Origin: Thermodesulfovibrio autotrophicus | GTDB lineage: Bacteria > Nitrospirota > Thermodesulfovibrionia > Thermodesulfovibrionales > Thermodesulfovibrionaceae | DNA length: 32,000 bases | Reading direction: 5' to 3' | Assembly (NCBI RefSeq): GCF_040450955.1 | Contig: NZ_CP144373.1 | Coordinates: 816,486 to 848,485, forward strand | Part shown: piece by piece, positions 1 to 8,597 of the stretch | Layout of the letters: every line of letters starts with the position of its first letter | Numbering within the stretch: position 1 is the first letter of the stretch | Program-made: the position numbers and the translations under genes | Notes under the pieces: generated by a model | Seen by the model: the letters and a program-made list of their open reading frames with translations, nothing else | What the model was told of the DNA's origin: nothing | Databases searched by the model: none

Positions 1-1081
1 TCTGATCCTTAAGCTTTGTAACAGCAGATACAATCTCTCCAAGAGCATTTCCTATGCTTTTAACAGATTCAGTAACTTCCGTGACTTCTTTAAGCTCCTT
101 TTTCATTGATTGTGCAGTATCTGAAGTTTCTCTTTGAATCATATTGATTTTCTGAGCAATTTCATCTGTTGCTCTTATTGTTCGCTCTGCAAGTTTACGA
201 ACCTCATCTGCAACAACTGCAAAGCCTCTTCCCTGCTCACCAGCCCTTGCTGCCTCAATTGCTGCATTCAAAGCAAGAAGATTAGTCTGATCTGCAATGT
301 CTTTAATTACTGTTACAATTTCTCCTATCTCAGAGGCAGAACTATTAAGTTTTTCTACCATCCTACCAAGCTCGTTTGTTGTTTCATAGACAACATTAAC
401 TTTCTGAACCGCATTCTGAGCCACATTCTGCCCCTTTTTAGCAATATCCATTGTTTCCTGAGCAGTTTCAGAAGCTTTTGATGCATTATTGGCTATATCA
501 GTTATCGTCTGTGTCATTTCTTCAGCAGCTGTCGCGATCTGATTTGCCTGTTGTGTTTGTCTCTTTGCTCCTTCAATTGTTTCGTCTATTACTCTGTTAC
601 ATCTGTCAACACTTTCAGCAAGTTTTTGAGAATACTCAAAAGATTTGTCAGTAAGATTTATAAAAGTTTGCAAAACCTTATCAATACTCTTTGCCAGTCT
701 TCCCACGATATCCACTCTGTCCTTAAAACCAACGCTTACAGTTAAGTCTCCATCAGCTATTTTCTGTAATGTCTGGGCAAGAAGATTAACAGGTTTGTGA
801 GTAACTAAGTAAGTTATGTAAACTATTGCTGAAGCTGAAATAAGACCCAGAAAACCAAGCACAGCAAAAACAAGCTGAAGTGTTCTTACCTCATTCATTA
901 TCTCCACAGGGACTTCTTTGGCACCAAAATGAATTGATGCATCATAAGCAATCTTATAAGCACCATAACCAGTAACAATAACTGTTGCAATAACTCCAAA
1001 GGCAATAGCTAAAGATAGAGGAATAACCATCTTCCAGCGTAACTTCACCCTTCTGTCAAGCTCACTTAAAAAATTTTTCAT
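1..1081 (-). CDS. Methyl-accepting chemotaxis protein, 5' part (about 360 codons; 3' end lies beyond the left window edge)
   Basis: Absent from the ORF track because there is no in-window stop. Manual minus-strand translation from ATG 1081..1079 (GGGGGTGGGGAG just upstream) gives [36 protein letters not shown]..., then a second TM segment, a HAMP-like linker ([19 protein letters not shown]) and the canonical MCP signalling hairpin [40 protein letters not shown]. The frame stays open to position 1. The plus-strand track ORFs 134..745 are its antisense shadows. Confidence 0.85.
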   Translation of the reverse strand, partial: MKNFLSELDRRVKLRWKMVIPLSLAIAFGVIATVIVTGYGAYKIAYDASIHFGAKEVPVEIMNEVRTLQLVFAVLGFLGLISASAIVYITYLVTHKPVNLLAQTLQKIADGDLTVSVGFKDRVDIVGRLAKSIDKVLQTFINLTDKSFEYSQKLAESVDRCNRVIDETIEGAKRQTQQANQIATAAEEMTQTITDIANNASKASETAQETMDIAKKGQNVAQNAVQKVNVVYETTNELGRMVEKLNSSASEIGEIVTVIKDIADQTNLLALNAAIEAARAGEQGRGFAVVADEVRKLAERTIRATDEIAQKINMIQRETSDTAQSMKKELKEVTEVTESVKSIGNALGEIVSAVTKLKDQ

Positions 1082-1097
1082 CTCCCCACCCCCAAAA

Positions 1098-2147
1098 TTA
1101 TACTTTAAATCTGAAAGTTATAATATCCCCATCTTTTACTTCATACTCCTTTCCTTCAAGTCTTAAAACTCCTTTTTGCTTTGCTAAATTAAGGTCACCT
1201 TCTAAAGTAAGAAAATCATTATAAGATATTACCTCTGCCCTGATAAATCCTCTTTGAATATCAGAGTGAATCTTTCCTGCCGCATCTACTGCCAATGTTC
1301 CTTTTTTAATGCTCCATGCTCTTACTTCCTGAGGTCCTGCTGTAAAAAAAGAGATATAATCAAGAATTTCGTAGGCTTTTCTTATGATTTTTTTACTGAC
1401 AGGTTCATCTATTCCCATAGCATCAAGAAAATTTGAGATTTCATCCTGAGGAAGTTGAATGATTTCACTTTCCAGTAAGCCACATATTGTTAAAAAGCCT
1501 GTATCTTTAAATCTTCCTTCATTAAAAGAATTTTCATCTGCGTTTATAACAGCGAAAGCAGGCTTTAGAGTTAAAAAATTTAAATGCCTTATCTGTTTAA
1601 TCTCTTCCTCTTTAAGTTTCATTGTTCTTAAAGGTTTGCCCTCTTCCAGATGATTTCTTAAAAACTGAAGAATCTTCATCTCTGCCTCATTTATCTTCTG
1701 CCCTTTCTTTTTACTTTCGGACATTCTTTCAATTCTTTTAGTTACAAGATCTAAATCAATCATTATAAATTCATATTCAAGTTCATTAAAATCCCTTACA
1801 GGATCAATGGTATTGAATTGATAAGGCACTGATAAGTCTTCAAATCCACGCAAAATGTATATTAAAGCATCGGCATCTATCAGTTGTTTTATAACTTTTG
1901 AATTATGTGAGGGATTGTCTTTTATTAATCCTGCTACATCTATACATTCAACCTGAGCAAAAGTTGTTTTCTTAGGATTTACAATTTCACTGATTTTCCT
2001 TAATCTCGGATCATCTACCTGAAGAACTCCTACATGAACTTTATCTGCCTGCGCTGAATATGAAGAAGTCTCAATTTTCTGGTGGGTCATTGCATTGAAA
2101 ATTGTGGTCTTACCTGAATTAAAAAATCCAGTTAAAGCAATCTTCAT
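1098..2147 (-). CDS. ychF: YchF/OLA1-type Obg-family P-loop NTPase
   Basis: 349 aa. N-terminal P-loop [16 protein letters not shown]-terminal YchF/TGS-like tail ([19 protein letters not shown]...[18 protein letters not shown]). Confidence 0.8.
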   Translation of the reverse strand: MKIALTGFFNSGKTTIFNAMTHQKIETSSYSAQADKVHVGVLQVDDPRLRKISEIVNPKKTTFAQVECIDVAGLIKDNPSHNSKVIKQLIDADALIYILRGFEDLSVPYQFNTIDPVRDFNELEYEFIMIDLDLVTKRIERMSESKKKGQKINEAEMKILQFLRNHLEEGKPLRTMKLKEEEIKQIRHLNFLTLKPAFAVINADENSFNEGRFKDTGFLTICGLLESEIIQLPQDEISNFLDAMGIDEPVSKKIIRKAYEILDYISFFTAGPQEVRAWSIKKGTLAVDAAGKIHSDIQRGFIRAEVISYNDFLTLEGDLNLAKQKGVLRLEGKEYEVKDGDIITFRFKV

Positions 2148-2407
2148 ATTTTCCCTTCTATAAAATTTTTGATAACTACCATGGCTTGATGAAGTCTCTG
2201 AAGCTTCATATTTCTTTTTCTTATTTGCAAAGGCTCATTAAAGGGGAAAGGCTCTGCTCTTATCTGCCGCTCTTTTTTAATTATCACATCATGAAGTTGT
2301 CTTAACTCTTTTTCTGAAAATTTTTTCAAAAACAAAGGATTTACCGTGATAAATCCTTCTGCAATGTCAGAGGCTATGGCTGAAAGTGATTTACTTCTGC
2401 CCTCCAT
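2144..2407 (-). CDS. Hypothetical 87-aa basic, predicted-helical protein
   Basis: ORF overlaps the tatC 3' end by 17 nt and the ychF start by 4 nt (ATGA), suggesting translational coupling. Weak SD (AAGGT) 8 nt upstream. No family recognised. Confidence 0.45.
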   Translation of the reverse strand: MEGRSKSLSAIASDIAEGFITVNPLFLKKFSEKELRQLHDVIIKKERQIRAEPFPFNEPLQIRKRNMKLQRLHQAMVVIKNFIEGKI

Positions 2408-3182
2408 CGTTTTTACCTTTTTTATTGAGTATTATTGAAACCCATATCCCAAGTTCATAAAGTATGATCATGGGAACTGCCATGAGTGTCTGATTGAAAG
2501 CGTCAGGAGTTGGTGTTATTATCGCTGCAACCACAAAAGCAAGAACTATAGCAAGACGCCTGTATTTTTTCAGTGTCTGAGGAGTTATCAATCCCATTCT
2601 TGTTGTAATCACAATCAAAATTGGCAATTCAAAAACCAGCCCAAAGGCAAGAAGAAACTTCAATAAAAAATCTATATAAAGCCCCACAGAAAGCATGGGC
2701 ATTAAAAAGTCTCCTACTTTGTAGTTAAGTAAAAATCCCATAGCAAAAGGAAGAACAATCAGATAACAGAAAGCAACACCAGTTAAAAAAAGACCTGTTG
2801 CACTTAAAACAAAGGGCAGGACATATTTTTTTTCATGAGAATAAAGCCCGGGAGAGACAAATCTCCAGAGTTGATAAAAAATTACTGGAATTGTAAGGAC
2901 AAATCCTGATACAAGCGCTATCTTCATGTTCATCCAGAAAGCTTCAGCAGGTCCTAAAAATACAAGCTTTGTATTATGAAGCTTATGGTCAGGAACAAAA
3001 ACCAACCCCTCTTTTAATGAAAACTGGGGAGTAAATTCAAGAGGAAAAAGCAGGAGCTTAAAAATATATTCAGAATAACTAAATGTAAAAATAAAAGCTA
3101 TAACCAGAGCTGCAAGACATATGAGAATTCTCTTTCTTAGCTCTGAAAGATGCTCTATTAAAGACATCTTCTGTTCTTCCAT
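2391..3182 (-). CDS. tatC: Twin-arginine translocase subunit TatC
   Basis: 263 aa. N-terminal MSLIEHLSELRKRI motif, about six hydrophobic segments. AAGGAG lies 9 nt upstream of ATG 3182, inside the tatA 3' end. Confidence 0.9.
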   Translation of the reverse strand: MEEQKMSLIEHLSELRKRILICLAALVIAFIFTFSYSEYIFKLLLFPLEFTPQFSLKEGLVFVPDHKLHNTKLVFLGPAEAFWMNMKIALVSGFVLTIPVIFYQLWRFVSPGLYSHEKKYVLPFVLSATGLFLTGVAFCYLIVLPFAMGFLLNYKVGDFLMPMLSVGLYIDFLLKFLLAFGLVFELPILIVITTRMGLITPQTLKKYRRLAIVLAFVVAAIITPTPDAFNQTLMAVPMIILYELGIWVSIILNKKGKNDGGQK

Positions 3183-3188
3183 CCATTA

Positions 3189-3509
3189 TTACTCCTTTTT
3201 TTCAATCTCTTTTCTGGCAATATTTTCAATATGTTTATCTATTCTGAGATCGGAGAGAGATGGTAAATCTTTAAAAACTTCTTCTTTTAGCTGGAGAGGG
3301 TCTTTTATGTCCTTTTTAGCTTCTTCAACAGTCTCTTTTACTTCCTGAAACTCCTTCTCCATCTCAGATTTTGCACCCTGAAAAGCCTTTTTGATTTCGT
3401 TAATTGTTTTACCAAGCGTATATCCGAGCTCAGGGAGTCTTTTTGGACCAAATACAAGCAAGGCAACGATAAATATTACAATGAGTTCCTGAAAACCTAA
3501 ATCAAACAT
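3189..3509 (-). CDS. tatA: Twin-arginine translocase TatA/TatB-family subunit
   Basis: 106 aa. MFDLGFQELIVIFIVALLVFGPKRLPELG (TM helix plus the FGPKRLP hinge), followed by an amphipathic charged tail. Confidence 0.85.
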   Translation of the reverse strand: MFDLGFQELIVIFIVALLVFGPKRLPELGYTLGKTINEIKKAFQGAKSEMEKEFQEVKETVEEAKKDIKDPLQLKEEVFKDLPSLSDLRIDKHIENIARKEIEKKE

Positions 3510-3524
3510 GAAACTATTATAACA

Positions 3525-4316
3525 TTATTCAACATCTTCTACAATTCTTTTTATCTTATGTTTTTCTCCAGGTAGCACTACACTTATACCAAAAATAAAT
3601 CTCACATCAGGATTCCTGTTTTTTATGTCAAAACCAGTGCTTACAGTGGTATAAGAAAAATCTGTTACACTAACTCTGTAACCAAGTCTCCATTCTACAA
3701 GGTCTATTTTATTTTTATCAATAGCTTTTCTTCCGATTATTTCAAAGAGAATAGAGGAGTTATAACTTACTTTAAGCTCTGAACCAAGATTCATGTTCCA
3801 TGTCTCTTTTAATCCTTCTTTATTCGGTCTAAAATAGATTACATTTCCGTGAGCTTTTACAGGTCCTATTTTTTTTGTCAGAATAACTCCTCCTCCAATG
3901 CCTCCTTCTGTTGAAAACTCTTCACTTCCAAAATCTCCTGAAACATAGAGCATATATGCAAAAGCTGGTAAATAGGTTGTTTCATCAATTATCCTGTGTT
4001 TAAAGCCAAAATTAATATCCTCTGCACCATTGTCATTAAGAGAATTATGGTATGAAAGGTTATATGGAAGATTAGCAATAATTTCCACATTATTGGTTAA
4101 TCCATAAGAGACATTCAGATTCGTTCTTTTTATATCAGGATCGTTCGTCATTTCATAACTAAGATCAATAGCTACCTGATTCTGTCTTGGAGAATCTGCA
4201 GAAAAGGTGGAGATTACGCAAAATGGTGCAGTAGGTGAAAATCCTTTTCTGTCAAAGGCATAGGCACAAGGAGTTAATAGGAAAATAAAAATTGAAAAAA
4301 TTACCAATTGTTTCAT
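3525..4316 (-). CDS. Putative outer-membrane beta-barrel protein with signal peptide
   Basis: 263 aa. Signal peptide MKQLVIFSIFIFLLTPCAYA, then alternating hydrophobic beta-strand-like pattern rich in G/Y/N/S/T. Family not identified with certainty (resembles small transporter-type barrels). Confidence 0.6.
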   Translation of the reverse strand: MKQLVIFSIFIFLLTPCAYAFDRKGFSPTAPFCVISTFSADSPRQNQVAIDLSYEMTNDPDIKRTNLNVSYGLTNNVEIIANLPYNLSYHNSLNDNGAEDINFGFKHRIIDETTYLPAFAYMLYVSGDFGSEEFSTEGGIGGGVILTKKIGPVKAHGNVIYFRPNKEGLKETWNMNLGSELKVSYNSSILFEIIGRKAIDKNKIDLVEWRLGYRVSVTDFSYTTVSTGFDIKNRNPDVRFIFGISVVLPGEKHKIKRIVEDVE

Positions 4317-4324
4317 TTAAAGAA

Positions 4325-4353
4325 AGAATATCAAAAAAAGCAAAATCTGTCAA
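4325..4353 (-). promoter_or_regulatory. Sigma-70-like promoter for the OMP-tat operon: TTGACA-17 nt-TATTCT, ending 8 nt before the ATG
   Basis: Minus strand reads TTGACA (4353..4348), a 17-nt spacer, TATTCT (4330..4325), then ttctttaa and ATG (4316). No purine-rich SD in between. Confidence 0.35.
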
Positions 4354-4368
4354 ATTAATTATTAATTT

Positions 4369-4377
4369 TGCTAAAAT
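4369..4377 (+). promoter_or_regulatory. Extended -10 element TGcTAAAAT, 6 nt upstream of the lysR-family ATG
   Basis: TG at 4369-4370 and TAAAAT at 4372-4377, then gtttct and ATG at 4384. No SD. The same TGnTAAAAT-N6-ATGGATAT layout occurs at 6067. Confidence 0.35.
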
Positions 4378-4383
4378 GTTTCT

Positions 4384-5274
4384 ATGGATATTCATCAACT
4401 AAGAATTTTTATTTCCGTATTCAAAAATAAAAGTTTCTCAAAAGCTGCTAAAGAACTTTTTCTCACACAGCCAACAATAAGTGAACATATAAAAACCCTT
4501 GAGGAAGAATTAAACTGCAAATTGTTTGACAGATTCGGCAAACTCATTATTCCCACAAAAGAAGCAGAAGTAATTTATGAACATGCCTGTGGAGTGTTGG
4601 AAAAGCTGGAAAGTTTAAAAGAGGTTTTGCAAAAAATAAAATCTGCACCATCAGGCAATCTCCATATTGGAGCAAGCAGTATTCCAGGGACATATATTTT
4701 ACCAAAATTGATATCATCTTTTAAAAAAATCTATCCTCATATTTCAGTTCAGATAGACATCTCAGATTCAAAATTAGTTATAGAAAGCTTAGTTTCAGGA
4801 CAGAGTATACTGGGAGTTGTAGGAACAAAACTTCATAAATCAAAGATCAACTATCTTCCTTTTATGAATGACGAACTTATAATTGCCAGCCCTGACTTTA
4901 TAAAAGATTCTTTTATTGAACCAGAAGAGATTCTTAAACTTCCATTTATAATGAGAGAGGAAGGATCTGGAACAAGAAAAGAAATGGAAAAATGGCTTAA
5001 TGAGATAGGAATTGATATAGAAAAACTCAATGTAGTATGCACCCTGAGTAGCACAGATGCCGTAAAAGAGGCAATTAAAAATGGCATAGGTATATCAATA
5101 CTTTCAATCCATTCAATTAAGGATGAAGCAGAATGTGGAAAACTTAAAGTTGTAAGAATAAAAAACTACACAATGAGTAGAACCTTTTACATAGCTACCC
5201 ATGCAAAAAGAAGTTTACCTTACATATACAGGCTTTTTTTCGAATTTTTGCAGGAAAACGCCTTCAGTTTATAA
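4384..5274 (+). CDS. LysR-family transcriptional regulator
   Basis: 296 aa. N-terminal wHTH FSKAAKELFLTQPTISEHIKTLEEEL, followed by a LysR substrate-binding-type C-terminal domain. Confidence 0.9.
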   Translation: MDIHQLRIFISVFKNKSFSKAAKELFLTQPTISEHIKTLEEELNCKLFDRFGKLIIPTKEAEVIYEHACGVLEKLESLKEVLQKIKSAPSGNLHIGASSIPGTYILPKLISSFKKIYPHISVQIDISDSKLVIESLVSGQSILGVVGTKLHKSKINYLPFMNDELIIASPDFIKDSFIEPEEILKLPFIMREEGSGTRKEMEKWLNEIGIDIEKLNVVCTLSSTDAVKEAIKNGIGISILSIHSIKDEAECGKLKVVRIKNYTMSRTFYIATHAKRSLPYIYRLFFEFLQENAFSL

Positions 5275-6001
5275 TACTGTCAAGTCCCTCAGGTGAAAAA
5301 CCTATTATGCGTTTTCCATTAAAGGAAATAAAAGAAGGCGTGCCATTTATATTAATCTTACTCATAAGAGCAATTGATTCTTCTATCTTTTTTACTCCCT
5401 CAGAACACTGCTGCCCTGTCCATTTTGAATTAAGATAATCATTGAACTGCATTCCTGAACAGACTGCTCGCACAGCCTTGTCTTTTGCCTGAGGATGAAG
5501 TCTTTCAAGAGGGAAAAATATAACTTTCACTTCCACTTTTCTTGAATCTGCCCATTGCTTAACTGAGCTTTTTGCTCTTTCACAAAATGGGCAATCTGGA
5601 TCAGTAATCATGTAAACATATTTATTAGCACCTTCTGGTTTGTAGGAAAAAGCGACAATTTTTTCAATTTCTGATTGAAAGTTCTTAAAACTCTTTTCCT
5701 GAATTCTTTCTAAGGTTGCTTTACTTAAAAATACACCATCTTTGTAAATGTCTCCAAATATGAAAGTTTTACCATCAGGATATGCATAAAACACATTCAA
5801 TCCACCACCTCTTTGAATTACAATCTGGCATAAATTTGTTCCTTTAATCTCATTTTTTTCAACAATGCTGTCAAAATCAATTTTTAATGTTTCTTTTAAA
5901 TTCTTTTCTTTGATGCTTGAACAAGGATTAGTGGACATATTGCAAGATGAAATTATGAAGATTAAAAACAAAAAAATTGAAAAAAATCCTGATTTTGTCA
6001 T
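5264..6001 (-). CDS. DsbC/DsbG-like periplasmic thiol:disulfide interchange protein
   Basis: 245 aa. Signal/lipoprotein-like N-terminus (FIISSCN), thioredoxin-fold CPFC active site (DPDCPFCERAK), cis-Pro-region-like GTPSF near the C-terminus. SD GGAG 5 nt upstream. Confidence 0.75.
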   Translation of the reverse strand: MTKSGFFSIFLFLIFIISSCNMSTNPCSSIKEKNLKETLKIDFDSIVEKNEIKGTNLCQIVIQRGGGLNVFYAYPDGKTFIFGDIYKDGVFLSKATLERIQEKSFKNFQSEIEKIVAFSYKPEGANKYVYMITDPDCPFCERAKSSVKQWADSRKVEVKVIFFPLERLHPQAKDKAVRAVCSGMQFNDYLNSKWTGQQCSEGVKKIEESIALMSKININGTPSFISFNGKRIIGFSPEGLDSIIN

Positions 6002-6066
6002 CTCATCTCCTTTTTATTTTTAAAATTAGTTTAAAAACAAATGGTTTAAAAAAATCAAGATAGATT

Positions 6067-6075
6067 TGTTAAAAT
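6067..6075 (+). promoter_or_regulatory. Extended -10 element TGtTAAAAT, 6 nt upstream of the tilS ATG
   Basis: TG at 6067-6068 and TAAAAT at 6070-6075, then taacag and ATG at 6082. No SD. Confidence 0.35.
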
Positions 6076-6081
6076 TAACAG

Positions 6082-7464
6082 ATGGATATCATCAAAAAAG
6101 TCAAACATACAATTGAGAAATACAACATGATTTCAATGGAAGACCATATTCTTGTTGGTCTTTCAGGAGGACCTGACTCTGTTTGCCTTATTCAGATTTT
6201 ACACATGCTTAAACCTGCATACAAATTAAAAATCTCGGCAGCTTACATAGATCATGGATTAAGACCTGAGGATGTTCCGAAAGAAATTGAATTTTGTAAG
6301 TATTTATGTGAATCCCTCAATATATCCTTTTATACTCAATCAATAGATGTCAAAAGTTTCGCAAAAAATGAAAAAATAAATATCCAGGAAGCAGCAAGAA
6401 TCCTGAGATATGGAGCACTGGAGCAAATAAGTATTAATATTAAGGCACACAAAATTGCAGTAGCACACAATGCTGATGATCAGGCTGAAACGGTTATAAT
6501 GAGACTTTTAAGAGGAGCAGGACCTGCTGGATTGAGTGGAATTCCACCTGTAAGAAAAAAAATCATAAGACCTCTTATAGAAGTTGAAAGAGCAGAAATA
6601 GAAAAATTTCTCTCAGAAAAAAACATTTCTTACATAACTGATCCATCAAATGAGAGCTTAAAGTACCTAAGAAACAAAATAAGAAAAACCTTGATGCCAG
6701 TTGTAAAATCAATCTCTCCACAGGCTACAAAGATTATTTCAAGAACTGCTGATATTTTAAGAGAAGAAAATGACTACATAAATGTAGCAGTAACAAAGGC
6801 TTTAATGCGACTTATGAGCAGAAAAACGGACAAAAAAGTTGAACTTTTTTGTAATCCCATGGAAGTGCTTAATATTGTTGTATTAAGAAGAGCTTTAAGA
6901 GTTGCCATTGACAGTGTGAAAGATCTAAAAGGCTTAACTTTTGATCACATAGAAGAGATCATAAAACTTATAAAAACTGGTAAACCTGGCGACAGATTAT
7001 ACCTTCCAAAAGGCATTAGGGCTATAAAGGGATATTCAACTTTAACAGTAACAGCAGAGTCTCCAAAAAAACTTTCTACTTATGAAATACCCAAGCCTAT
7101 GGATATTTATCTTAAAGAAGCAAATATTTTTCTGAGTCTAAAGGAAATAAAAAGAGAAGAACTTCAGGATTTCGGTAATGGAAAAAGCACTATTTATATT
7201 GACATGGATAAAATTAAATTCCCGCTGATTGTAAGAGCAAGAAAAGCAGGAGACTACTTTTATCCTTTTGGCTTTGGCAAGAAGAAAAAGCTTCAGGATT
7301 TCTTTGTTGATGAAAAAGTTCCAAGAGATGAAAGAGACACTGTCCCGGTAATTGAAAGCAATGGAGATATTGTGTGTATCGCGGGATACAGACTTGACGA
7401 CAGATTTAAAATTGATGATAATACAAAGAGATGTTTACAGATAAAAATTATGCCAAAGTTGTAA
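6082..7464 (+). CDS. tilS: tRNA(Ile)-lysidine synthetase
   Basis: 460 aa. PP-loop LVGLSGGPDSVCL, conserved AHNADDQAETVIMRLLRG, TilS C-terminal domain. Confidence 0.9.
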   Translation: MDIIKKVKHTIEKYNMISMEDHILVGLSGGPDSVCLIQILHMLKPAYKLKISAAYIDHGLRPEDVPKEIEFCKYLCESLNISFYTQSIDVKSFAKNEKINIQEAARILRYGALEQISINIKAHKIAVAHNADDQAETVIMRLLRGAGPAGLSGIPPVRKKIIRPLIEVERAEIEKFLSEKNISYITDPSNESLKYLRNKIRKTLMPVVKSISPQATKIISRTADILREENDYINVAVTKALMRLMSRKTDKKVELFCNPMEVLNIVVLRRALRVAIDSVKDLKGLTFDHIEEIIKLIKTGKPGDRLYLPKGIRAIKGYSTLTVTAESPKKLSTYEIPKPMDIYLKEANIFLSLKEIKREELQDFGNGKSTIYIDMDKIKFPLIVRARKAGDYFYPFGFGKKKKLQDFFVDEKVPRDERDTVPVIESNGDIVCIAGYRLDDRFKIDDNTKRCLQIKIMPKL

Positions 7465-8597
7465 TCACTGTTTTTATTTTAATAACCTCTATTTTATTTT
7501 CCACTGCTACTCTGTATTCGGAAGAAAGCTTTTCCACATCAATAAAAAACAAATTTGATACAATATATCAGAGATTTTCAGATTCTATAATTCCTCTGCA
7601 GGAAGGAGTGGCAGTTGCAATAGATAATAACTATGCCATACTTCCCGCCACAATTGTTGAAAAAGTAAAAAATCCTGTGTTTGCTGTAGATTCAAAATTA
7701 AATATAGCAGTAATAAAACTCAATAGAGATTTCAATCCAGTAAATTTTGATCTGCCGGCAACAAAAGATGAAATATTTTTTCTCTTAACGGTTTTTGAAG
7801 AACCCTCTTTGCTGATTGTAAAAGGAGAAATTAAAGACAGTAAAATCCAGATCCGGGGTAAACAGATTCCAGGCTCTCTTGTTCTTTCCCTTGATTTAAA
7901 ACCTATTGGAGTTGTCACAGAAAGCGACAATGTTTCTGAAGCTCTGTTGATTAAGCCTGTTTATTCAGAGATCAACAAATTGATAAAAAGAAAACCAGGC
8001 TGGTTAGGACTTCAGGGGCAGACATTAACTGCAGAGCTTAGCAAAATATTTAATGCTTCTGAAGGAGTGGTAATTACAAATATTTATGAAGCTGGTCCAT
8101 CAGACAAAGCAGGATTAAAAAGAGGAGATGTAATTGTTGAAGCAGACAGCTACAGGATTAAAGAGTTAAAAGACCTGCAAAACATAATCTCAGCAAAGTT
8201 TGCTGGAGACACTCTCAATTTAAAGATTTTAAGAGACGGAATTCAAAAGGATTTTCCAGTAATCCTTGAAGAACCTCCAGAAACTCTGCTTCAGGCAAGC
8301 TCTTCTTATAAATCTCAGATAAAAGGCGTTGAGATTACTGAAATTCCTGAAAAACTAAAAACAAATTTAAAAAAATCTATAAAGGGTGTCTATGTAAATA
8401 AAGTTAAAGAAGACAGTCCAGCATTAGGAGTCCTGAAACAGGATGATGTAATTATTGAGATTAACAAAAAACCGGTAAACTCCATAAATGATTTTAATGA
8501 TATCATTTCAAAGGCAACAGGCTCTGATCTTCTTATTCTTGTTTACAGACAGGACAGTTTTCAATATGTAATAATACCCGGGCAAAAATCTCGTTAG
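7431..8597 (+). CDS. HtrA/DegP-like protein with two PDZ domains and an apparently degenerate protease domain
   Basis: 388 aa. N-terminal hydrophobic anchor/signal. Two PDZ-like segments (GWLGLQGQ...GDVIVEADSYRI and IKGVYVNKV...QDDVIIEINKKPV). The protease-like N-domain lacks recognisable His and Asp by eye (see findings). Confidence 0.7.
   Translation: MFTDKNYAKVVITVFILITSILFSTATLYSEESFSTSIKNKFDTIYQRFSDSIIPLQEGVAVAIDNNYAILPATIVEKVKNPVFAVDSKLNIAVIKLNRDFNPVNFDLPATKDEIFFLLTVFEEPSLLIVKGEIKDSKIQIRGKQIPGSLVLSLDLKPIGVVTESDNVSEALLIKPVYSEINKLIKRKPGWLGLQGQTLTAELSKIFNASEGVVITNIYEAGPSDKAGLKRGDVIVEADSYRIKELKDLQNIISAKFAGDTLNLKILRDGIQKDFPVILEEPPETLLQASSSYKSQIKGVEITEIPEKLKTNLKKSIKGVYVNKVKEDSPALGVLKQDDVIIEINKKPVNSINDFNDIISKATGSDLLILVYRQDSFQYVIIPGQKSR

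Noticed and set aside
134-745. Three overlapping plus-strand track ORFs (115, 67 and 64 aa), Cys/Leu/Ser/Phe-rich.
   Set aside because: They lie antisense to a clearly recognisable MCP gene, whose signalling hairpin and HAMP read perfectly on the minus strand. Their low-complexity composition is typical of shadow ORFs.
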